Below, piece by piece: positions 1-11,562 of a stretch of 64,000 bases of DNA. Position 1 is the first letter of the stretch. Every line of letters begins with the position of its first letter. The translations under genes and the position numbers were made by a program. The stretch lies in contig JASTWF010000034.1 of assembly GCA_030390025.1 (NCBI GenBank), positions 4,526,001 through 4,590,000 of the forward strand, written 5' to 3'. A model generated the notes under the pieces. It saw only the letters and a program-made list of their open reading frames with translations, ran no database searches and was not told the DNA's origin. The DNA comes from Squalus acanthias. Lineage: Eukaryota.

Positions 1-1615
1 GAAGCAATACCTCCCTATTTTTATATTCTATCCCCCTAGCAATGAAAGCCAACATTCCATTTGCCTTCTTAATCACTTGCTGCACCTGCATACTAACCTT
101 TTGAGTTTCGTGCACCAGGACCCCCAGATCCCTTTGCACTTCAGTACTCTCCAGTTTCTTGCCATTAAGATAATAAATTGCTCTAGGATTTTTCCTGCCA
201 AAGTGCATCACCTCACACTTTCCAGTGTTGTATTCCATCTGCCAAATCTCTGCCCACTTACTTAGCCTGTCTATGTCCCCTTGCAGGTTTTTTATGTCCT
301 CCTCACTCACTACTTTCCCTCCCATCTTTGTATCATCTGCAAATTTTGATATGTTACACTTGGTCCCTTCCTCCAAATCGTTAATATAGATTGTAAAGAG
401 TTGGGGACCCAGCACTGACCCCTGTGGAACACCACTAGTTACTGATTGCCAGTCTGAGAATGAACCATTTATCCCAACTCTTTGCTTTCTGTTAGATAGC
501 CAATCCTCTATCCATGCCAGAATATTACCCCCAATCCCGTGATTTTTTACCTTAAGCAATAATCTTTTATGTGGCACCTTGTCAAATGCCTTTTGGAAGT
601 CTAAATACACTACGTCCACTGGTTCCCCTTTATCCACTCTATATGTTACTTCCTCAAAGAACTCCAGCAAATTTGTCAAACATGACTTCCCCTTCGTAAA
701 ACCATGCTGACTTTGTCCTATTAAATTATGATTATCCAAATGTCCTGTTACTGTTTCCTTAATAATGGACTCCAAAATTTTACCTACCACAGATGTTAGG
801 CTAACCGGTCTATAGTTACCAGCCTTCTGTCTACTGCCATTTTTAAATAAGGGTGTTACATTAGCAGTTTTCCAGTCTGCCGGGACCTTAGCGGAATCCA
901 GGGAGTTTTGAAAAATTATTACCAATGCATCTACAATCCCTACCGCCACTTCCTTCAAGACTCTAGGATGTAAGCCATCAGGTCCAGGTGATTTATCCGC
1001 CTTGAGTCCCATTATTTTACCGAGTACCACTTCCTTAGTGATTTTGATCGTGTTTAGCACCTCTCCCCCTATAGCCCCCTGTTTGTCCAGTGTTGGGATA
1101 TTCTTAGTGTCCTCTACTGTAAAGACTGATACAAAATATTCATTCAGTGTTTTTGCCATCTCCATATTTCCCACCATTAATTTCCCGGTCTCATCCTCTA
1201 AGGGACCAACATTTACTTTAGCCACCCTATTTCTTTTTATATAACTATAAAAACTCTTACTATCTGTTTTTATATTTTTTGCTAATTTACTTTCATATTC
1301 TATCTTCCCTTTCTTAATCAATCTTTTTGTTATTTTTTGCTGCCTTTTAAAGTTTTCCCAATCCTCTGTCCTCCCACTAGATTTCGCTACCTTATATGCC
1401 CTTGTTTTTAGTCGAATACTATCCTTAATTTCTTTACTTAGCCACGGATGACTGTCCTTTCTTTTACACCCTTTTCTTTTCAGTGGAATATATATTTTTT
1501 GGAAGTTGTAAAATAACTCCTTGAATGTACACCACTGATCATGTGTTGTCTTACCCTTTAATCTATTTTCCCAATCCACTCTACTCAATTCCGCCCGCAT
1601 ACCTTCATAGTCTCC
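1..1615 (-). mobile_element. 5'-truncated CR1-clade LINE, ORF2 (RT region) running off the window start
   Basis: Minus-strand translation gives GDYEGMRAELSRVDW near 1615 and SMQVQQVIKKANGMLAFIARGIEYKNREVLL near position 1. It is homologous to the CR1 ORFs at 49143 and 54932. Confidence 0.9.
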
Positions 1616-3003
1616 TAGTATATCAGAGTGTTACAGTAAGTCAGGTGGCGTATATCAGCGTGTTAAAGCGAGGCGTGTGGAATATATCAGAGAGTTACAG
1701 TGAGGGATGTGGGGCATATCAGAGTGTTACAGTGAGGGGTGTGAGGTATATCAGAGTGTTACAGTGAGTTGTGTGGGGTATATCATAGTGTTACACTGAG
1801 GGGTGTGGGGTATATCAGAGTTTTACAGTGAGTTGTGTGGGGTATATCAGAGTGTTATATTGAGGGGTGTGGGTATATCAGAGAGTTACAGTGAGTCGTG
1901 TGGGATATATCAGTGTGTTACAGCGAGGGGTGTGGGGTATATTAGAGTCTTAGAGTGAGTCGTGTGGGATATATCAGTGTTTTACAGCGAGAGGTGTGGG
2001 GTATATTGGAGAGTTACAGTGAGTCGCGTGGGGTATATTGGTCTGTTACAGTGAGAGGTTTGGGATATGTACGAGAGGATTAAAATGAGGGGTATATCAG
2101 AGTGTCAAAGTGAGTGATGTAGGGTATATCACAGTGGTACAGCGAGTGGTATGGGATATATCATAGTGTTACCGTGTGGGGTGTTGGGTATATCATGTTG
2201 TTACCGTGATGGCTGTCGGGTATATCGGTGTGTTGCAGAAAGAGGTGTGTCGGGTATATCAGAATATCATAGTCAGGGGCGTGCGATTACATCAGAGTGT
2301 TACAGTGAGGGTTGTGGTTTATATCAGAGTAATACAATGAGTGGTGTGGGTTACCTCAGAGTGTTACAGGGAGAGTTGCGTTGTATAACAGAGTGTTACA
2401 GTCAGGGGTTGGGATTATATCAGTGTGTTACACTGAATGGTGTCGGGTATATCAGAGTGTTACAGCGAGGGGTATGGCGTATATCAGAGAGTGTTACAGT
2501 GAGGGGTGTCGGTTATATCAGGTTTACAGTCAGGGGTGTTTGGTATATTGGAGTGCTACAGCGAGGGGTATGCAGTATATCAGAGAGTGTTACAATGAGG
2601 GGCATGGGGTATAATGGTGTGTTACATTAAGAGATTTGATGTATGTAAGAGAGGGTTACAGTCAGGAGTGTGTGGTATATCAGAGTGTTACATTGAGGGG
2701 TTTGGTTTATATCAGAGTGTTACAGTGAGGGGTGTGGGGTATATCAAGGTGTTACAGTGAGGGGTGTGGGGTATCTCAGAGTGTTACAGTAAGGGATGTT
2801 GGGTATATCAGAGTCTTACAGTGAGTGGTGTGGTTTATATCAGAGTGTTACAATGAGGGGTGTGGGTTATATCAGTGATACAGTGAGTAGCGCCATGTAT
2901 ATCAGAATTACAGAAGCGTGTTTGGGGTGTTACTTTGAGTGGTGTGGATTTATATCAGAGTATTACAGTGAGGGATGTGGGGTACATCAGAGTGTTACAG
3001 TGA
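1616..3003. repeat. Degenerate ~32-bp tandem satellite (GTATATCAGAGTGTTACAGTGAGGGGTGTGGG)
   Basis: Unit is visibly repeated through the interval with substitutions. Confidence 0.92.
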
Positions 3004-3960
3004 GACCAACAGGGGACAGAGAGAGAGACATACGGTGGGAGATAGAGAAAGAAAGATAGAGACCGACAGGGGGTTGGAGGCAGAGACATACGGTGAGAGA
3101 TAGAGAGAGAGAGAGACCGACAGGGGGATGGAGAGAGAGACATACGGTGGGAGATAGATAGAGAGAGAGAAAGACCAACAGGGGAACAGAGCGAGAGACA
3201 TACGGTGGGAGATAGAGAGAGAGAGAGAGAGACGGACAGGGGGTTGGAGGCAGAGACATACGGTGAGAGATAGAGAGAGAGAGAGAGAGAGACGGACAGG
3301 GGGTCGGAGACAGAGACATACGGTGGGAGAAAGTGAGAGAGAGAGAGAGACGGACAGGGGGTTGGAGACAAAGACATACGGTGGGAGATAGTGAGAGAGA
3401 GAGAGAGACGGACAGGGGGTTGGAGACAGAGAGATACGGTGGGAGATAGAGAGAGAGAGAGACGGACAGGGGGTTGGAGACAGAGAGATACGGTGGGAGA
3501 TAGTGAGAGAGAGAGAGACGGACAGGGGGTTGGAGACAGAGAGATACGGTGGGAGATAGAGAGAGAGAGAGAGAGAGACGGACAGGGGGATGGAGAGAGA
3601 GACATACGGTGGGAGATAGAGATAGAGAGAGAGAGAGACGGACAGGGGGTTGGAGACAGAGACATACGGTGGGAGATAGAGAGAGAGAGAGACGGACAGG
3701 GGGTTGGAGACAGAGACATACGGTGGGAGATAGAGATAGAGAGAGAGAGAGAGAGACGGACAGGGGGATGGAGAGAGAGACATACGGTGGGAGATAGAGA
3801 GAGAGAGACCAGCAAAGGGCCAGAGAAAGACATACGGTGGGATGTAGGGAGAGAGCGACATACAATGTTGGAGACAGACCGACGGGGAGGGAAACAGATG
3901 GAGACAGCCTGGGGGGATACAGATGGTGGGTGACACAGAGATAGACAGATGGAGAGACGG
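3004..3960. repeat. GA-rich ~60-bp minisatellite (GACGGACAGGGGGTTGGAGACAGAGACATACGGTGGGAGATA(GA)n)
   Basis: Unit is repeated with variable (GA)n length and decays towards ~4150 and at 4520-4640. Confidence 0.9.
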
Positions 3961-4698
3961 ACGGTAGGGGGCAGACGGGGAGACAGAAAAATCAGGCAGG
4001 TTTAAGATAGAGAGAGATAAACAGATAGGCGGAGACAGACGGGGGTGAGAGAGATGGTGGGGGCCAGAAGGAGAGACAGACCAGCTGAGGAGACAGCTGG
4101 GGTGAGTGAAAGAGAGAGTCAGACGGTGGGAGACAGACGGGGAAGACAGGCGCGGGAGATAGTGGGCTGTATTATCCGATCGGAGGCTCCCTGCATGCGG
4201 AAGCCTCCGATCTGGAAAAAAATCTGCGCACTTACCTGAGGGCTGCCAAGGTGCGTATAGTTGCGATGCTGGGACTCTCGAACTCCAAGTCTACAGGGCC
4301 TACGTATCCCAGGGGCGCATGCGGTTCGCAAGCCTCCCTGGGATCACGTGGGCCATTGGGAGCATTCTTGACAGATCGGAAATGCCGGTTTTCAGCGCAT
4401 GTGCACAGCGCGTACACCCCCGTAGGAATAGGAATATCCGGGCAAGTGTAAGAGAGACATACGGGGGAGTAGGAACCGGAAACAGACCAGGATTAGAATT
4501 ACAGGGTCTGAGAGACTGATGGAAACAGACGGGGGGAGGACAGAGAGAGACATATGGTGGGAGATAGAGAGAGAGAACGACAGAGCCAGCGGTGAGACAG
4601 ACCGATGCGAGAGAGACGGATGGAAACAGACTGGGGCGAGACATATAATGCGTGACACAGACAGAGGCAAATGCGGAGACATTTTCAGATTTCCTATT

Positions 4699-5040
4699 TT
4701 ACCCACGATGACAATCCCGTTCTATTTTAATATTTATGATGTTATTGTCGACAGCACATCCCACAGCTGGAATCTGAGCATCATCCACAGGAGTGCAAGC
4801 TGGTATGAAATAGTCATTTAACAACTCTGCCAGAGCCTGGGAATCTATTTCAATCTGTCCTGGACTGTCTTTCAGTGACCCTAAACCATCATTCACGGTC
4901 TTCTGACTCCTGACGTCGCTGGAAAAGCTTTTGCTATTATTAGCACAATGGTTCAGCATCTTCTTTGTCAAAGATCTCTTCGCTTCTCTAATGGCTGCTT
5001 TTGCCTCCCTCAATTGAGGGTGATATCTTTCCCTATTCTC
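4699..5040 (-). mobile_element. Old CR1-like ORF2 fragment
   Basis: ORF 4699..5013 reads NSKSFSS...GLGSLKD...ALAELLNDYF, matching the CR1 linker NSKSFYKY...VGPL...MADQLNAYF. Confidence 0.65.
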
Positions 5041-5404
5041 CTGTAGCCTGAATCCATGTTGATCTGAATTGGGTTCAATGTAAGACAGCTCGGGGAGTCA
5101 GGAATGATACAACCGACGCCTAGACCTACGCTAAAACTTCAGCCGGCGCCTTAGTAAGGATTGCTCTGGTTCCTCGCCATATATTTGTCAGGCTACCGAA
5201 CCCCAACTTCCTTACAGTCCACTCCTGGGGGCCCCACTCCCTGAACCTACTTCCTTCAGCAGGGTGAGTGGTAGAGTTCCGGAGCAGTAGTGATCCCAGT
5301 CGCAATCCCGTGGATGTTCCGGGCCGTGCATTTTTAGTAATCCTGGTGTCTAACACGTCAATAAAACAGGGAATTCCTGGAAACACACTTCAGGTCCTTC
5401 ATTA

Positions 5405-5765
5405 TCTGACAGGATTGATGCAGGGAGGATGTTTCCCCTGGCTGGGGAAGCTAGAACCAGAGGTCACAGTCTCAGAATAAGGGTCGGCCATTTAGGACTG
5501 AGATGAGGAGACATTTCTTCACTCAGAGGTTGTTGAAACTTTGGGATTCACTACCGCGGAGGGCTGTGGAGGATCAGTCGTTGAGTATATTTAATACAGA
5601 TATCGAAACTTCTTGGATATTAAGGGAATCAAGGGATATGGGGATAGTGAAAGAACGTGGAGTTGAGGTAGAAGATCAGCCATGAACTTGTTGAATGACG
5701 GAGAAGGCTCGAGGGGCCGAATGGCCTACACCTGCTCCTATTTTTATGTTCTTATTTCTTCTTAT
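5405..5765 (+). mobile_element. CR1 LINE 3' end
   Basis: Peptide MRRHFFTQR..LWDSLPRRAV, CR1 3'UTR hairpin (ggctcgaggggccgaatggccta) and a ttcttat-type tail. Confidence 0.85.
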
Positions 5766-5929
5766 CTGTAGAGGAAATATCTGTTGTATAATTGTACCAG
5801 CCTATGCTGAAGGTGCTGCGTGACGGTGGGGATCGGCCCCAGTCACCATTGCCCTCCAGTACCTTGTCAAGTGGTAATTCTGAGCTGTGAGCCCATACAG
5901 TGAGCTGCCAGAATTTCGAACATGGGGAG

Positions 5930-6645
5930 CAGCACACCCTTTCAGGAAGTGCATTCCAGGACATAACAGCAGGATGGGTAAAAATGTTCCCCTCATTTCA
6001 CCTCTGGTTCTTTCCCCAATTACCTTAAATCTGTGTCCTCTGACTACCGACCCTTCTGAAACTGGAAACAGTTTCTCCTTATTAAGAGTGTTATAGGACT
6101 GGAGGAGGTCATAGAGATAGGGAGAGGCGAGGCCATGGAGGGATTTGAACAAGATTATGAGAATGTTAAAGGCTGAAACCACCAGCCGTCTCTCCCAGTA
6201 CAGAATGTGACTCAATAATAACAGGAAGGATGTTAGTTTAACTCCTAAATGTGCAGAAACGTAAGTCATTGCCCCTCTAAATATCACAAATAGATGCATA
6301 ATGAGCAGAAATCAATCTCTGTACCTTTAACTAAGAGTGAGATGGAAACAGAGAAATGAATGGCCTTTAAACAACTGGTCGATAATCCAGGACACAATGA
6401 GCAGTCACTTGGACATGTGTGGATTAATTAAGGAAAGCCAACACGGATTTGTTAAAGGCAAATCGTGTTTAACTAATTGGCTTTCATAAGGGAATTGGCT
6501 AAGTACCTGAAGGAAAACAAGCACAGGGCTACGGGGAAAAGGCGGGGCGGGGTGGGACTAGCTGAAGTGCACTTGCAAAGAGCCGGCACGGGCTCGACGG
6601 GCCGAATGGCCTCCTTCTGTGCTGTAACCATTCTATTATTCTATG
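5930..6645. mobile_element. Mosaic of short CR1 (-/+) and L2-like fragments
   Basis: 5930-6080 CR1 minus (EKLFP...RGHRFKVIG). 6080-6190 matches the L2-like segment near 52030-52100. 6360-6645 CR1 plus with QHGFVKGKSCLTN fused directly to a 3'UTR. Confidence 0.65.
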
Positions 6646-7135
6646 GTCCCCTTTGCACTGAAGTGTCTGAAACTCATAATAGGAACTCCAGGAAAACAAA
6701 ATTCTGACAAGTGTTAAACTGTTTACTGGACAAAAAAAAATCTCGATTTAACTTTTAAAAGATAAATTGTTTAACAGGGGTTCACACTGACTCACCTGAC
6801 GGGCAGACTCAAGCACCGCGATTGGTTGCAGAACACGCTGCTCCTTTGGCCCGCCGGCCTCTGAGCTCTCTTCCTGTTGTTTCCCAGGGAAATGGATCAC
6901 CCCTCGCCAACATTATGCTGCCAGATGAGATTCAGGGGCTCAGAGGAAGAAACGAAATGAAGCCTTGATTCTGAATTAGGAAATACAATTAGAGAAACAT
7001 GATCCAATTCATAAACTGAACTGAGTGCCCATGGCTCTGTGCTCCAAATGTGCTTCTTTCAGCTCAATTTCTCATTCACACATCCAACTGCCTGGATTAG
7101 CCTTGCCCTTCGAAACCCATCACATAAATTGCAGT

Positions 7136-7238
7136 ACGATAGCAAAATACTGCAGATGCTGGAAATAAGAAATAACAACAGAAAACGCTGGAAAAACTCA
7201 GCAGGCGAGGCAGCATCCGTGGGGAGAGAAACAGAGTT
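7136..7238. repeat. Short interspersed repeat (aaatactgcagatgctggaaa...actcagcagg...gcagcatc...agagaaacagagtt), PLE-pLTR-like family
   Basis: Homologous to 25145-25262, which ends in a degenerate hammerhead core. Confidence 0.55.
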
Positions 7239-7269
7239 GCGCGGTCGAGCAGTATTTGGTGTTTAGTTG

Positions 7270-7785
7270 TGCTAAACCTTTACAAAACACTGGTTACTAC
7301 TCAGCTGGAGAATTGTTCTCAATTCTGTGCGCCACACTTTAGGAAGGATGTCAATGCCTTCGAGAGGGTGCAGAGGAGATTGAAGAGAATGATACCAGGA
7401 TGAGGGACTTTGGTTACGTGGAGAGAAGCTGGGCTTGTTCTCCTTAGAGCAGAGAAGGTTAAGAGGAGATTTAATAGTGGTGTAAATAAGGAGAAACTGT
7501 TTCCAGTGGCAGAAGGGTCGGTAACATAGATTGAAAGTGATTGGCAAACGAACCAGAGGCGAGATGAGGAAGCATTTTTTTACACAGCATGTTATGATGC
7601 TCTGGAATGCACTGTCTGAAAGGGTGATGGAAGCAGATTCAATAGCAACTTTCAGAAGGGAATTGGATAAATACTTGAGAGAAACATTTTCAGGCTCTTG
7701 CGATGAGCAGGGAACTGGAACCATTTTTAGCACAACCAAAGAGCCGGCACACGCTCAGTGGGCAGAATGGCCTTATTCTGTGAAA
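7270..7785 (+). mobile_element. Degenerate CR1 3' fragment
   Basis: Peptide KVIGKRTRGEMRKHFFTQHV..LWNAL plus a CR1 3'UTR remnant. Confidence 0.8.
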
Positions 7786-7799
7786 GACAAATGGTGGAT

Positions 7800-7930
7800 T
7801 ATACTACCCAGAGTGCTCTGCGCGGCAGAATAAGGCCTATCTGCATCAGAAGGCGCGCAGGCGCGGGGAGGGCAGAGCCCCAAGAGATCGCCTTAGTGCG
7901 CAGAGCATGCGCAGTGCGGCTCCGAGAGAC
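7800..7930. promoter_or_regulatory. CpG-rich promoter-like patch with a ZNF143/Staf-like site and NRF1-like sites
   Basis: CTACCCAGAGTGCTCTGCG at 7804-7822; GCGCAGGCGC at 7855-7864; GCATGCGCA at 7905-7913. Confidence 0.45.
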
Positions 7931-8052
7931 TGAGCCGAACCAGGGTTTGATAAAGGTTCATTATAACATCCTTGCTTTCAACTCTATGCCTCTATTTATG
8001 AAATTGAGAGGTCGCACAACACCAGGTTATAGTCCAACAGTTTTATTTGAAA

Positions 8053-8090
8053 TCACAAGCTTTCGGAGCTATCGCTCCTTCCTCAGGTGA
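8053..8090 (-). ncRNA. Minimal type I hammerhead ribozyme (PLE family 1)
   Basis: Minus strand reads UCAC-CUGAGGA-A-GGAGC GAUA GCUCC-GAAA-GCUU-GUGA: conserved core, stem II, palindromic stem III (AGCU) and stem I UCAC/GUGA. Confidence 0.85.
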
Positions 8091-8424
8091 AGTAAATTGG
8101 ATACAGAATCGCCAGAGCATATATAGATGGAAAAAAAAGCATGTGTACTTTACAATTGCAGACCAATAAATTAAATCATCCTGACTATCTGCCGAGGTGT
8201 GATAAAGTTAATTAAGTCAGCCAGGAAGGTACCACATCAAAAGACATAGCAAGATACAACTGAGACAATGAGGTGTAGTCGCAGGGGTTCCAACGTGTCA
8301 AAAGCTGCCGTCTGTATGTAAAACGAAAAGCTTTAAAAAAAAATTTACTTTTTTACTGGGAAAATTTTTACTTTTTTACTGGGAATCACATCTGTGAACA
8401 AGCTAACGACGACTCGAGTCCGGA

Positions 8425-11103
8425 TCACGTCATGTATCGTGACATAAACCCAAGATCCCGATTGAGACCGTCTTCATGAGTGCGGAACTTGGCTATCAGT
8501 TTCTGCTCGATGATTTTGCGTTGTCGTGTGTTTCTAAGGTTGCCTTGGAGAACGCTTACCCGCAGATCCGAGGCTGAATTTCCTTGACTGCTGAAGTGTT
8601 CCCCGACTGGGAGGTAACAATCCTGCCTGGCGATTGTTGCGCGGGGCTCGTTCATACGTTGTCTCAGTGTCTGCATGGTCTCGCCGATGTACCATGCCGC
8701 GGTGCATTCTTTCCTGCAACGTATGAGGTACACAACGTTGGCCGAGTCACATGAGTATGTACCATGTACCTGGTGGGTAGTGTCCTCACGTGTGATGGTG
8801 GTATCTGTGTTGATGATCTGGCATGTCTTGCAGAGTTTGCCATGGCAGGGTTGTGTGGTGTCGTGGTCGCTGTTATCCTGAAAGCTGGGTAATTTGCTGC
8901 GAACGATGGTACTTCTGAGGTTAGGCGGCTGTTTGAAGGCAAGTAGTGGAGGCGTGGGGATGGCCTTAGCGAGGTGTTTGTCGTCATCGATGACATGTTG
9001 AAGGCTGCGAAGAACATGTCGTAGTTTCTCCGCTCCGGGGAAGTACTGGACGACGTAGGGTACCCTGTTGGTTGTGTCCCGTGTTTGCCTTCTGAGGAGG
9101 TCTATGCGATTTTTCGCTGTGGCCCGTCGGAACTGTCGATCGATGAGTCGAGCGTCATATCCCGTTCTTACGAGGGCGTTTTTCAGCGTCCGTAGGTGTC
9201 CATCGCGTTCCTCCTCGTCTGAGCAGATCCTGTGTATTCGCAGGGCTTGTCCATAGGGGATGGCTTCTTTAACATGGTTAGGGTGGAAGCTGGAGAAGTG
9301 GAGCATCGTGAGGTTGTCCGTGGGCTTGCGGTAGAGTGAAGTGCTGAGGTGTCCGTCTTTGATGGAGATTCGTGTGTCCAGGAATGAGACCGATTCTGAG
9401 GAGTAGTCCATGGTGAGTTTGATGGTGGGATGGAACTTGTTTATGTTATCGTGTAGTCTTTTCAGTGATCCTTCGCCATGGGTCCAAAGGAAGAAAATGT
9501 CGTCGATGTATCTGGTGTACAGCGTTGGCTGGAGGTCCTGTGCAGCGAAGAAGTCTTGCTCGAACTTGTGCATGAAGATGTTGGCGTATTGGGGTGCGAA
9601 TTTGGTCCCCATGGCTGTTCCGTGTGTTTGGGTAAAAAAATGGTTGTCGAAGGTGAAGACATTGTGGTCAAGGATGAAGCGGATGAGTTGTAGGATGGCG
9701 TCTGGAGATTGGCTGTTTTTGATGTTGAGTACTGAGGCTGTTGCAGCGATTCCGTCATCGTGGGGGATACTGGTGTAGAGTGCCGATACGTCCATCGTGG
9801 CAAGGAGTGTTCCTGGTTCAACTGGTCCGTGGGTGCTGAGTTTCTGTAAGAAGTCTGTAGTGTCGCGACAGAAGCTGGGGGTTCCCTGTACGATGGGTTT
9901 CAGAATGCCCTCGACGTATCCAGAGAGGTTCTCACACAGGGTTCCATTGCCTGATACGATAGGACGTCCGGGTGTGTTGGCTTTGTGTATCTTTGGGAGG
10001 CAGTAGAAGTCTCCCACGCGGGGAGTACGTGGGATGAGAGCGCGTAGGATGTTTTGAAGGTCTGGATCGAAGGTCTTGATCAGTCTATTGAGTTGGCGGG
10101 TGTGTTCTTTGGTCGGATCTGCGGGTAGCTGTCTGTAGTGTTCCTGGTTGTCCAGTTGTCGGTATGCTTCTTTACAATAGTCCGTTCTGTTCTGTATGAC
10201 GATGGCTCCTCCTTTGTCCGCTGGTTTGATGACAATGTTGCGGTTGGTCTTGAGAGCGTGGATGGCGTTGCGTTGTGCTCGGGTGACATTCTGGACTGTC
10301 TTGTGAGTGCGGCTGATGAATCTGGCGTTGATGCATTTCCTGACAGCTTGAGCATACATGTCAAGCTTGGGGCAGCGACCCTCCGGAGGGGTCCAGTTTG
10401 ACTCTTTTTTCTTCGGTTGCTGCACTGCGAGTCCCTCTGTCTGCTGTTCTGGATCATTGATTGTCTCATTGGGTTTGTTGCTGACATCTTGGGATTTGTG
10501 GAAGTATTCCCGGAGCCTCATTCTCCTGATGAATTCCTCCGTGTCTGCCGCGAGACCGATGGGGTCCATTTTGGTGGTTGGGCAGAACTTGAGCCCTAGG
10601 GCGAGAACTTCGATTTCGTCTGGTTGAAGGGTATGGTCGGACAAGTTGACGATGGACTTCCCTGTGGTTGCAGCCGTGGTACCGGGGGAGGCTTGGTTGC
10701 TGCTGGTGGTGATGCCGAGTTTCTCAAGCTTCCTGTTCTTGATGCGCATGTAGGCAGCGTAGTTCCGTTGCCTCGTCTGTTTGGTGGTGTCTCGTAACTG
10801 GTCTGCTGTGTCCTGAGCACAGGCTGAGAGCATGGACTCTATCTTGGTTTCGAGGTTGTGGCGTTTGCTGTAGAGCTGGTGTACGAGATGGTTGAGGAGT
10901 GTGCGAGAGGTACGACGGCAGAGTCTCTCAGCGTAGTCTGTGTTGTATGTCGACTTGAGTGGGTTCGTGATCTGTAGTCCTTTCGGGATCTTGTCTGCTT
11001 TCTTGCATCTCTGTAGATACTTGATGTCGGTGTCGATATGCGCGATCTTCTTGGCGATTCTCTCCACTTTGAGCCGGCAGTTTGTGGTGTCGATAGTGGT
11101 CAT
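8425..11103 (-). CDS. Penelope-like RT + GIY-YIG endonuclease polyprotein, ~892 aa from the first ATG (Neptune-like)
   Basis: Motifs IKPADKGG, PKIHK...GRPIVS, DVSALYTSI, GTAMG, RYIDD, Cys linker PCHGKLCKTC and NVVYLIRC...YIGET. The frame is uninterrupted. Confidence 0.93.
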   Translation of the reverse strand: MTTIDTTNCRLKVERIAKKIAHIDTDIKYLQRCKKADKIPKGLQITNPLKSTYNTDYAERLCRRTSRTLLNHLVHQLYSKRHNLETKIESMLSACAQDTADQLRDTTKQTRQRNYAAYMRIKNRKLEKLGITTSSNQASPGTTAATTGKSIVNLSDHTLQPDEIEVLALGLKFCPTTKMDPIGLAADTEEFIRRMRLREYFHKSQDVSNKPNETINDPEQQTEGLAVQQPKKKESNWTPPEGRCPKLDMYAQAVRKCINARFISRTHKTVQNVTRAQRNAIHALKTNRNIVIKPADKGGAIVIQNRTDYCKEAYRQLDNQEHYRQLPADPTKEHTRQLNRLIKTFDPDLQNILRALIPRTPRVGDFYCLPKIHKANTPGRPIVSGNGTLCENLSGYVEGILKPIVQGTPSFCRDTTDFLQKLSTHGPVEPGTLLATMDVSALYTSIPHDDGIAATASVLNIKNSQSPDAILQLIRFILDHNVFTFDNHFFTQTHGTAMGTKFAPQYANIFMHKFEQDFFAAQDLQPTLYTRYIDDIFFLWTHGEGSLKRLHDNINKFHPTIKLTMDYSSESVSFLDTRISIKDGHLSTSLYRKPTDNLTMLHFSSFHPNHVKEAIPYGQALRIHRICSDEEERDGHLRTLKNALVRTGYDARLIDRQFRRATAKNRIDLLRRQTRDTTNRVPYVVQYFPGAEKLRHVLRSLQHVIDDDKHLAKAIPTPPLLAFKQPPNLRSTIVRSKLPSFQDNSDHDTTQPCHGKLCKTCQIINTDTTITREDTTHQVHGTYSCDSANVVYLIRCRKECTAAWYIGETMQTLRQRMNEPRATIARQDCYLPVGEHFSSQGNSASDLRVSVLQGNLRNTRQRKIIEQKLIAKFRTHEDGLNRDLGFMSRYMT

Positions 11104-11190
11104 GATGCGGAGATGCCGGTGTTGGACTGGGGTGGACAAAATTGAGAGGTCGCACAACACCAGGTTATAGTCCAACAGTTTTATTTGAAA

Positions 11191-11228
11191 TCACAAGCTT
11201 TCGGAGCTATCGCTCCTTCCTCAGGTGA
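11191..11228 (-). ncRNA. Minimal type I hammerhead ribozyme (second tandem copy)
   Basis: Identical to 8053-8090. It lies ~90 nt upstream of the ORF ATG at 11103. Confidence 0.85.
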
Positions 11229-11562
11229 AGTAAATTGGATACAGAATCGCCAGAGCATATATAGATGGAAAAAAAAGCATGTGTACTTTACAATTGCAGA
11301 CCAATAAATTAAATCATCCTGACTATCTGCCGAGGTGTGATAAAGTTAATTAAGTCAGCCAGGAAGGTACCACATCAAAAGACATAGCAAGATACAACTG
11401 AGACAATGAGGTGTAGTCGCAGGGGTTCCAACGTGTCAAAAGCTGCCGTCTGTATGTAAAACGAAAAGCTTTAAAAAAAAATTTACTTTTTTACTGGGAA
11501 AATTTTTACTTTTTTACTGGGAATCACATCTGTGAACAAGCTAACGACGACTCGAGTCCGGA

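Noticed and set aside
2955..3936. ~300-aa SL/ER-rich ORFs on both strands
   Set aside because: Translation of the (GA)n minisatellite.
8425..11175. ORF start at 11175 (916 aa)
   Set aside because: It begins at TTG inside the pLTR; the first ATG is at 11103.
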